A DNA stretch of 64,000 bases, taken from the NCBI GenBank assembly GCA_964537265.1, contig CAZHZE010000002.1:100861-164860 (forward strand), written 5' to 3'. Position numbers and translations under genes: made by a program. The notes beneath the pieces were generated by a model, which did no database searches, was not told where the DNA came from, and saw only the letters and a list, made by a program, of their open reading frames with translations. This document shows positions 55,855 to 64,000 of this stretch, piece by piece (within the stretch, counting starts at the first letter, position 1; the number at the start of each line of letters is the position of its first letter). The DNA is from an uncultured Gammaproteobacteria bacterium (GTDB lineage Bacteria > Patescibacteriota > Patescibacteriia > Patescibacteriales > GWC2-42-12).

Positions 55855-56259
55855 ATGACTCCTAAAAAAGCTATTATAATTATTGCAGCTTTATTTTTAG
55901 TTATAACTATTATTTTTTCCGCGCTATATTTAAGTCAGAAATTTTTTATAAATAAGACTAAATTGCCTAATAATAACGTAGGAGAACTTTCTTCAGCACA
56001 GCAAAAAATTAAAGAAATAGAAAATAAAACCAATCAACAAGTTGAGCAAATAATTGAACAAAATCAAACTCCGTCAGGAGGAGTTACTCCTGAAGGTCAA
56101 AGGCAGATAGAGGAGGCAATAAATCAGGAAATTAATGAAAAAATAGAATTAAAGACGCCGGAAGAAATAGCCGCTGATCAAAAAGCCAAGGAAGAATTGC
56201 AAAAATTGCAAGATGAAATTAATGCCCAAATTAAAAAAGAATTAGAATCTAAAAAATAA
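55855..56259 (+). CDS. Membrane-anchored coiled-coil hypothetical protein
   Basis: N-terminal TM; Q/E/K-rich. Confidence 0.75.
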   Translation: MTPKKAIIIIAALFLVITIIFSALYLSQKFFINKTKLPNNNVGELSSAQQKIKEIENKTNQQVEQIIEQNQTPSGGVTPEGQRQIEEAINQEINEKIELKTPEEIAADQKAKEELQKLQDEINAQIKKELESKK

Positions 56260-56280
56260 ACATATTTTTAACTAAAATAT

Positions 56281-59200
56281 ATGTTTCATAAAAATCTCAA
56301 AACATCTTTATTGTTAATCGGGGTTGTTATTTTAACTTTAGGTTTATCTATCTCTTGTCAATCTCTTTTAGCCGCTTGGACCTCTCCTACTGGTAACCCT
56401 ACTACCTGCGATACCGGTAATCCTGGTTGCGATGAACCATTAAATAAGGGTAGTTTCCTACAAATTAAGAGTGGCCCTCTTTATGTTAATTCTGATCAAA
56501 TAGCAGCAACTGGCTTTGCGGCATATGGTAATGTTGGTATAGGAACTTTTTCTCCTAGTACCAATTTAGATGTTAATGGAAGTATAAAATCCACTAATTT
56601 AACTGTTTTTGATACTACGCCTAATGTTAATTATGGCATCTATGCCAACAAAAATTTTACTGATCCGGCTCACGGCACAATAATGCAATATTTGGCTGGT
56701 AAACCGACCTATACTGTTTCAGGCCCAGATCCCTCAAATTTTGCTACTAGCCAATTTGTTAATTATCCAATAATTAATGCTGGCCGAACTAATTCTGGGG
56801 TTATTTATGGTTTAGTTACTCAAGTTTTAAGAAATCTCAACGGTGTTTCAGCTGATGATAATGGCACTTTAGCAAATTTAAGAGGTTCATATATAGGTTA
56901 TGGTCATTATAATTCTAACACTTCAGCTGTTCCAAAAACCACTTATGCCTACGGGTTATTTATCCAACCTTATCAACGCACTGGCACCACAACTAATATG
57001 TATGATTTATATATCGCTAATCCAGTCACTGGTGGAGATGTTACTAATCAATACGGCATTTATCAACAATCAGCTTCTAGAAATAATTATTTTGCAGGGA
57101 ATGTCGGGATAGGAGACGGAACACCGTCATATAAATTAGATGTCACCGGCCAGATTAATGCTACGGGCGGACTATGTATTGCCGGAACCTGTAAAACTGC
57201 TTGGGATACATTTACGAATTATTGGACATTGTCCGGAGCTAATATTTATAACAATAACACCGGCAACGTCGGTATCGGCGTGGCTAATCCTGGCAACACA
57301 TTAAGCGTATATAATAATGGTAGTCAAAGTGTAACGATGGGCGTAGGTGGGGCATATCCGTCAGTATCCGCTAATGGCACTAATTATTACAAGCAGCTTC
57401 AAGTAAACGAACCAAAATATAATATTCCAGCCGGCATAACCGATAGCGGTTATCGCATTGGTTTGGCGGTTCAGGGGTATACTTATACCGCGGATTTTGC
57501 CGGAACTTTAAATCAGCAAGTTAGCGCCTGGATAAGAGCGGGGGCTAATAGTACTGTACCCACAGGGCATATTAATAATTCTTATGGTCTTCTTATAGAT
57601 AATCTTACGGCTCCAAATGTTACTATTGATAATGCCTATGGCATTTACCAATCATCAGCTACGGCAAAAAATTATTTTGCCGGCAACGTCGGCATTGGCA
57701 CGGCGAGTCCAACTGCAAAATTACAAGTTGCATACACAAGTGGTCAGCAGGGAATAATATCTTCTGGGCCAAGTGGTAATACACATATCCCATATACCGA
57801 TGGAAATTCTTATATAAGCGGCCAGAATCTTATTTTGAGAACGAATGGCAATACTGAGCAGATGAGAATAACTAGCTCCGGCAACGTCGGTATTGGTACG
57901 GCAGCCCCAACTCAAAAATTAGATGTTAGCGGCGGCATAGGTGTGTCTGGGCCGATATATCGCACAGCGGCTGGCGGTGGTTATTTGAACGGACGATATC
58001 CTAATATTGAAACCACAGGTACATCCGGCGCAATTTATTCAATCGGCGGCAGTTATGTGCCTGGAGTAAATAATTTAGGTAATATGTATGGTATAGGTTA
58101 TGGATATAGTGGTAACGCCGGTATTACTTTCACCGGATTGCCAGCAAGCCATTGGGGAATGTATGTAGCGTCAGGAGGAACACCTAATATCTTTCTATCT
58201 TCTTCTGGCGGCGCAGTATATACAACTGGTGGATTTTATACACAAGGATATGGAGTCAGAGATCCAGCAACTTCATATGGAACTCTTAGCTTAATTACCC
58301 CCAAAAATGGATATTATGGATTGCTTTTTGGCCAGAGCACATCTAACCCAAATTTAATGTTTGATTCTGCCGGCAACGGAGGAATTTATTATGAAAATCC
58401 AGGCACATGGCTCATGTATACAAATGCATCAAATAAATATATCGGAATTGGCACGACTGGACCAGGTTATAAATTACATGTTGTTGGTGATATTTATGCT
58501 AATGGCGGTTGGTTACGTACTAGCGGTTCTGCCGGTTGGTATAGCGAAACTTATGGTGGCGGCTGGTATATGTCAGATAGTACTTGGATTAGGTCTTATA
58601 ATGATAAAAATATTTGGACCGGAGCAGGGCTTTTAGGCAGTAATGGAGGCTTAACAGTTGGTTATGGCGGCTCAACGCCCCCTAGCGGTGGCGCTATTAT
58701 TGCCGGGAATGTCGGTATTGGAATATCAAGTCCTAATTCCGCGTTACAAATATACGGAGGTAATATCGGCGGTACGCAAACTGTTTATATTAGCGGTAAT
58801 GCATATGGAATTAACAGCTATGGTACTTCTATCGGAGTTTGGGGCAGAAGCAACAGTGGCAGTGGCGCAGGTTATGGAATTTATGGCGAAGCTGATGGAA
58901 CCGGAGTTTATGGAGCCGGGAAGAGCTACGGTGTCCGTGGCTATGCCAATTCCAGCTCTGGTTATGGAGTATATGGAACCGGCGGTGTCATTGGAATTTA
59001 TGGCAGTGGGGATACGGGTATCTATGGTGGCGGTACCACCTATGGTATTAGAGGTTTTGGCGGCTCCTATGGCGTTGTCGGTAATGGTGCCTCTTATGGC
59101 GTTTACGGTGTTAGTATTAATATCGGTGTTTATGCCAACGGAAGTGTTTATGATTTTTACGGAGCTCATGGCGGGCATACTGACGGACCGGCCTGGGACA

Positions 59201-59544
59201 ATGGTTCCAGCCGTGATTTAAAAGAAAATTTTACCGCAGTTGATAATCAAACAATTCTTAATAAAATCTTGGTCCTGCCTATGACAGAATGGAATTATAA
59301 ATCAGTCCCCGGAGCTAAGCATATTGGTCCAATCGCCGAAGATTTTTACCAACTATTCAAATTGGGCGACGGCGACAAAAGCGTCTCAACCATTGATCCC
59401 TCGGGTATTTCTTTGGTAGGTATTAAAGCTCTGAATGAAAAAATAGAAAATCAGCAAAAACAAATTGAAGACCAAAAAAATCAAAACGAACAATTACAAC
59501 AACAGATAAATGAATTAAAGATTCAAATTGAAAAGTTAAAATAA
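56281..59544 (+). CDS. Exported tail-fibre-like protein with C-terminal peptidase S74 autochaperone
   Basis: Signal/TM then AWTSP, repeated GNVGIG, GVYG repeats, SSRDLKENF...WNYK...HIGPIAEDF and a coiled coil. Confidence 0.88.
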   Translation: MFHKNLKTSLLLIGVVILTLGLSISCQSLLAAWTSPTGNPTTCDTGNPGCDEPLNKGSFLQIKSGPLYVNSDQIAATGFAAYGNVGIGTFSPSTNLDVNGSIKSTNLTVFDTTPNVNYGIYANKNFTDPAHGTIMQYLAGKPTYTVSGPDPSNFATSQFVNYPIINAGRTNSGVIYGLVTQVLRNLNGVSADDNGTLANLRGSYIGYGHYNSNTSAVPKTTYAYGLFIQPYQRTGTTTNMYDLYIANPVTGGDVTNQYGIYQQSASRNNYFAGNVGIGDGTPSYKLDVTGQINATGGLCIAGTCKTAWDTFTNYWTLSGANIYNNNTGNVGIGVANPGNTLSVYNNGSQSVTMGVGGAYPSVSANGTNYYKQLQVNEPKYNIPAGITDSGYRIGLAVQGYTYTADFAGTLNQQVSAWIRAGANSTVPTGHINNSYGLLIDNLTAPNVTIDNAYGIYQSSATAKNYFAGNVGIGTASPTAKLQVAYTSGQQGIISSGPSGNTHIPYTDGNSYISGQNLILRTNGNTEQMRITSSGNVGIGTAAPTQKLDVSGGIGVSGPIYRTAAGGGYLNGRYPNIETTGTSGAIYSIGGSYVPGVNNLGNMYGIGYGYSGNAGITFTGLPASHWGMYVASGGTPNIFLSSSGGAVYTTGGFYTQGYGVRDPATSYGTLSLITPKNGYYGLLFGQSTSNPNLMFDSAGNGGIYYENPGTWLMYTNASNKYIGIGTTGPGYKLHVVGDIYANGGWLRTSGSAGWYSETYGGGWYMSDSTWIRSYNDKNIWTGAGLLGSNGGLTVGYGGSTPPSGGAIIAGNVGIGISSPNSALQIYGGNIGGTQTVYISGNAYGINSYGTSIGVWGRSNSGSGAGYGIYGEADGTGVYGAGKSYGVRGYANSSSGYGVYGTGGVIGIYGSGDTGIYGGGTTYGIRGFGGSYGVVGNGASYGVYGVSINIGVYANGSVYDFYGAHGGHTDGPAWDNGSSRDLKENFTAVDNQTILNKILVLPMTEWNYKSVPGAKHIGPIAEDFYQLFKLGDGDKSVSTIDPSGISLVGIKALNEKIENQQKQIEDQKNQNEQLQQQINELKIQIEKLK

Positions 59545-59562
59545 TTAAATATTATTAAATAA

Positions 59563-59600
59563 CCCCAGTTAAATAATGCGGAAGTTGCAATTTAACGGGG
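59563..59600. repeat. Palindromic element copy 5 (intergenic)
   Basis: ccccagttaaat ... atttaacgggg. Confidence 0.7.
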
Positions 59601-59609
59601 CAAGAAATT

Positions 59610-60242
59610 ATGTCTAAAAAAATTATATTTGGTATTATTGCCGCTCTCATCATTTTTATCGCCGGAATTTTATGTGGAATAAGCATCCCAAAAAATAACT
59701 CAATTATTAGCGGAGGCAAAGATAATTCATTCCAAGCCGGTTGGGATGCGGCTAAAGCCAGATTAAGCCAATCACCGGCGGGAATGGCAATACCAACCAA
59801 CGCCGAAATTAAGAGCGTTAATGGCGCAATCCAAAAAATAGATGGCAATAAATTAACAGTAAAAATTAATCCGCTGGAACCGTTAGCGGATCCTAATTTA
59901 GATACAAGAATCGTTGTAGTTGATTCAAGCGCAAAAATAATTTTAGATGTCCCGAAAGATCAGGCTCAATTAGAAAAAGAAATGAAGGAATTTCAGGATA
60001 AAATGAAACAGCCATCCGCGCAAACCGATCCCTCTCAGCCGGCAGTTCCGATTATGCCGCCTACTTCCTTTACTTCTAAAGATATTTCGCTATCTGATTT
60101 AAAAGTTAATCAATATATTTCGGTTACTGCTAATGAAAATATTAAAGACAAAAAAGAATTTACAGCTACTCAAATAGAGGCTCAGGAATTTTCAGCCGTA
60201 GAGACTGTCGTGCCTGTAACACCATCTCCTACTTCTAATTAA
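59610..60242 (+). CDS. Membrane-anchored hypothetical protein (possible OB-fold, DUF5666-like)
   Basis: N-terminal TM; GAIQKIDGNKLTV...SLSDLKVNQYISV. Confidence 0.7.
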   Translation: MSKKIIFGIIAALIIFIAGILCGISIPKNNSIISGGKDNSFQAGWDAAKARLSQSPAGMAIPTNAEIKSVNGAIQKIDGNKLTVKINPLEPLADPNLDTRIVVVDSSAKIILDVPKDQAQLEKEMKEFQDKMKQPSAQTDPSQPAVPIMPPTSFTSKDISLSDLKVNQYISVTANENIKDKKEFTATQIEAQEFSAVETVVPVTPSPTSN

Positions 60243-60259
60243 TTAGTTAATTTAACTAT

Positions 60260-62761
60260 ATGCACTCAAAGCATTTTAAAATCTCTCTTCTTTTAATTTC
60301 AGCCGTTATTTTAACTCTGGGCCTATCTATTTCATTTCAATCTCTTCTAGCTGCTTGGACTTCTCCTTTAGCTAATCCAGTAACCTGTAACACCGGCGAT
60401 CCTGGTTGCGATGAACCATTAAATAAGGGTAGTTTCCTACAAATTAAGAGTGGCCCTCTTTATGTTAATTCTGATCAAATAGCAGCAACTGGTTTTGCGG
60501 CATATGGTAATGTTGGCATAGGTACTGTTGCTCCTAGCACCAATTTAGATGTTAATGGTAGTATAAAATCTACTAATTTAACTATTTTTGACACCACTCC
60601 TAATGTCAATTATGGTATCTATGGTAACAAAAGTTTTACTGATGCAGCTCATGGCACAATGATGCAATATTTATGGGCTAAACCAACCTATACTGGAGTT
60701 GAAACCGTAACTGAAAATTTTGCCACTAGCCAATTTCTCAACTATCCAATCATTAATACAGGCCATAATAATTCTGGAATTATGTATGGTTTAGTAACTC
60801 AAGTATTAAGAAATATTAATGGCGCTTCGGCTGATGATAATGGCACTTTAGCAAATTTAAGAGGTTCATATATAGGTTATGGCCATTATAATTCTAATAC
60901 TTCAGCCACGCCACAAACCACCAATGCCTATGGATTATATATTAATCCTTATCAAAGAACCGGTACTATAAATAATATATTTGATTTATATATCGCTAGC
61001 CCAGTCACTGGCGGAGATGTTACTAACCAATATGGCATCTATCAACAATCAGCTTCTAGAATAAATTATTTTGCCGGTGACTTAGGAGTTGGAACAATAG
61101 TTCCTAGCGCAAAATTAGATGTAAGAGATAGCTCGGGTGTTGGTGTCCAAACTTCATTATTAAATTTATCAGATACAGGAGCGGGTATTAATAATGGCGC
61201 GGCGATTAATTTTAGTTATGCTAGTGGTAATATATTGAATGCTAAAATAGGCGCTTTATCTGTCACTGGTGGTGGTGGTGCATTAACATTTAGCGTTGCA
61301 GCCTCTGATGGTGCTATTGCATCTGAACATATGAGAATTACAAAAGATGGAAAGGTTGGCATCGGCACAGCCAGCCCTAGTTATAAATTATCAGTTATAA
61401 GCGATGGCAGTGTAATAAACGGAGAACATTTTATTACTCAAGCAGTAGCTAATGCAAGTGGAAGTGGAATTTATCTTGGTTATATAGCTAATGGAAGTTC
61501 TATAACATCAGGATTAGTCAGGTCTGATAATAGTTTACCTTTAACATTGGGAACTAGTGCTACAAATCAAGCAGTAACTATATTAAATAATGGTAATGTT
61601 GGCGTAGGTACCACCAACCCAGTTTCAAAATTAGATTTAGGCACAAACTATTCAGACCCATCTACTTATCCAAATAAAATAACTCTTTGGAGTGGTGGTG
61701 CTAATAATTATTTTGGCTTCGGAGTTAGTTCTGGAGATTTGGATTATTTTGCTCAAGGCAACCATAGATTTTATACTGGTTATAATGGATCGGCAGGTAC
61801 GGAAAAAATGGTATTAACTAGTGCTGGCAACGTCGGAATAGGGACGACTAATCCAACATATAAATTATCAATAAACAGCGCAAACAGTACAGATAATTTA
61901 TTCCAAATTTCTACCACGACTAATTAAAGTGTTTTTATTGTTAATAGCAACGGTAGGGTTGGGATAGGAACGACTAATTCTAGATCAATATTGAGCGTTG
62001 GAGGAGAGGGGTCAGACAGCACAGGAGTATCTGGTTATGGAACAATCCAGGGGGTAATGGGGTTTAATGGCAACACAAGCCCAAACGGTAGAGGCGTGTA
62101 TGGTTATAGCGGAATTGGTACAGGTGTGCATGGTTATAGCGGTACTAAATATGGCGTGCATGGAGATAGTGGAAATTATATTGGCGTATATGGGACCGCT
62201 GGAGGTGGAGGAACGTCTATAGGTGTTTATGGTTTTTCTCAAAACTATGGCGTTTATGGAATAGGAGGAAATTATGGCGTTGGTGGTAATGGGGTTTACG
62301 GAGTTTATAGCAATGGCAGTACTAATGATTTTTATGGAGCTCATGGCGAAAAAACTGTTGGAGGTGTTTGGACAAATGCAACATCATATCGTCGCTATAA
62401 AGAAAATTTTTCTAGCACCGAAGGATATCTTGATAAATTAATGAATTTAGACATGTATGAATGGCAATATAAGGATGAAATAATTGACGGTTTAAATCGC
62501 TATACTAGCGATCCCTATAGGCATGCCTCGCCGTTTCTTGATGATTTTTATAATACTTTCCATCTCGGAACTATTGATGGTTATAATGTGCAAGATTTGG
62601 CCGGTGTTACTATTTCATCCGTTAAAGAATTAAATAAACGTTTTATAGATTATAAACAAAATTCAACTGATGAAATAAATATTTTAAATCAAAAAATTGA
62701 AAGTCAACAAAAACAAATAGATGATTTAAAAGCTCAAATTGAAAAATTAAGAAAACAATAA
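60260..62761 (+). pseudogene. Second tail-fibre-like S74 protein interrupted by an in-frame TAA (61925-61927)
   Basis: ORFs 60260..61927 and 61991..62761 share a frame and read STTTN*SVFIVNSNGRVGIGT. The N-terminus is paralogous to 56281; the C-terminus has TSYRRYKENF and a coiled coil. Confidence 0.8.
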
Positions 62762-62770
62762 GTAAACTAT

Positions 62771-64000
62771 ATGCGAGATTTTTTTAGAAAAAAAACTTGG
62801 TTTATTACAGCTTTAATGTTTGTTATTGCTTTCGGTTTGAGTTTCGCTATTGTTTATTATGAATTTGTTTTAAGCCCTAATATTAAAATTATCAAAGCCG
62901 ATAGCAGCAATAATATAAATGGTTATGCCTGGAGCCCGAATATTGGTTGGGTCAGTTTTAATTGCACCAATGATGATTCTTGCGCTACCAGTAATTATGG
63001 CGTTAGTTTAAATTCAGACACAGGCTATTTTAGCGGTTATGCCTGGAGCCCGAATATTGGTTGGATTAGTTTTAATGAAACAAATCCGCCTGATAATTAT
63101 AGTTTTAATACAAGCTGTAAAACATCTGGCTGCAATTCTTCTAACAATTGCACCGCTTGCTATAATTCAGGAAGTGAAAATGTTCATGGTTGGGCGAAAA
63201 TTTTAAGTTTGGGCGATAATGGTTGGATTAAATTTCATGATACTTGGACTAATGGCGTGTCAATAGATTCTGATACAGGGAGTTTAATTGGTTGGGCGTG
63301 GAATGGTAATAGTGATGATAGTGGTATCGGTTGGTTGAGTTTTAGTTGTGCTAATGATAATTCTTGCGCCACCTCTGATTATAAAGTTATTGCTACTATT
63401 AGCGCCGCGCCGACAATTACTGATTTAACAGCGCCTAATTGGAGTTTTGCTCAAGCCGCACAATATGGAGCTTTGCAGGCTAAATTAGGCTGGGTTTTTA
63501 ATGACGTTGATAATGGCGCGAGCGAAAGTGCTTATCAAATAATAGTTAATAATTCTAATAGCATTGATAACCCATTATTTAATTCAGGCAAGTGTACCGG
63601 ATATAAAGAACCTACTGGCAAATGTAAAATTGACGTTGGCGTGGATAGGTTTCCAATAGATTCTGTTATTGATTTAGATTATAATACGCCCTATTATTGG
63701 TGGATTAAAGTTTGGGACAATACTGATATAGCTTCATCTTTAATGCAGTATAACACTGATCAAGATACGCCTATTGAAGCAGATGATTTTTCGCGTTTAA
63801 CCTTTACTACTTATAAACATGAAATGCCTGACGTTGATTTTAGCTGGTTTCCGATTAGCCCAAGCAAAGGAGAAGAAGTTAATTTTATTAGCGATTCACA
63901 AATATATTCAACCGAGCATCCTGATACAGCAGTTGATTGCACGGAAGATTCGTGCGATTGGGAATGGAGCGCTACATCTGGTATTAATATAATTGCGCCG
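62771..64000 (+). CDS. Exported protein with G(Y/W)AWxxNIGWISF repeats and FN3/PKD-like region (3' truncated)
   Basis: Open frame from ATG 62771 (MRDFFRKK then TM) to the window end. A 30-bp direct repeat at 62921-62950 and 63035-63064 encodes GYAWSPNIGW. Confidence 0.85.
   Translation, partial: MRDFFRKKTWFITALMFVIAFGLSFAIVYYEFVLSPNIKIIKADSSNNINGYAWSPNIGWVSFNCTNDDSCATSNYGVSLNSDTGYFSGYAWSPNIGWISFNETNPPDNYSFNTSCKTSGCNSSNNCTACYNSGSENVHGWAKILSLGDNGWIKFHDTWTNGVSIDSDTGSLIGWAWNGNSDDSGIGWLSFSCANDNSCATSDYKVIATISAAPTITDLTAPNWSFAQAAQYGALQAKLGWVFNDVDNGASESAYQIIVNNSNSIDNPLFNSGKCTGYKEPTGKCKIDVGVDRFPIDSVIDLDYNTPYYWWIKVWDNTDIASSLMQYNTDQDTPIEADDFSRLTFTTYKHEMPDVDFSWFPISPSKGEEVNFISDSQIYSTEHPDTAVDCTEDSCDWEWSATSGINIIAP

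Noticed and set aside
61925-61927. Stop-codon reassignment (alternative genetic code)
   Set aside because: TAA, TAG and TGA all terminate genes here, and Trp is encoded by TGG in the genes examined.
56281-62761. Prophage tail module
   Set aside because: The proteins have signal/TM N-termini, and no capsid, terminase, portal or integrase genes are present.
62921-63064. 30-bp direct repeat as an att site or CRISPR repeat
   Set aside because: Both copies are in-frame and encode the GYAWSPNIGW protein repeat.

Overview
AT-rich bacterial chromosome segment using genetic code 11 (TGA is a stop, e.g. at 5830 and 55025). The gene content points to Patescibacteria/CPR (Parcubacteria/ABY1-like); this taxonomy is inferred, not looked up. 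In order it carries: the 3' part of a modular Gly-rich surface protein; a UvrD helicase-nuclease fusion; pheS / four-helix-bundle gene / pheT; and a CPR-type T4SS-like locus (giant Cys-rich protein, VirB6/TrbL-like, PrgI, split VirB4, VirB8-like, comF) interrupted by an adenosine kinase-ahcY-metK-ribE-ribH-riboflavin kinase cassette. Next come three tRNAs (Ser-TGA, Ser-GCT, Arg-GCG) with a decayed integration island, then recG and radA. A type IV pilus cluster follows (pilM, PilN/O/P-like genes, pilB, receiver, degenerate pilT, pilC, two pilins, O-antigen-ligase-like gene, pilD), then membrane-anchored tail-fibre-like proteins with S74 autochaperone domains. No rRNA, CRISPR array, intact transposase/integrase or reverse transcriptase was seen. 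The most unusual signals are: (i) several families of short palindromic and heptamer elements inserted in-frame into housekeeping genes, plus a four-helix-bundle gene enclosed by an inverted-repeat stem; (ii) pilus-linked modular phage-fibre-like adhesins with a PilV-like segment; (iii) an HD-domain gene punctuated by two tRNAs; (iv) two single-lesion genes (an A7 frameshift and an in-frame TAA).
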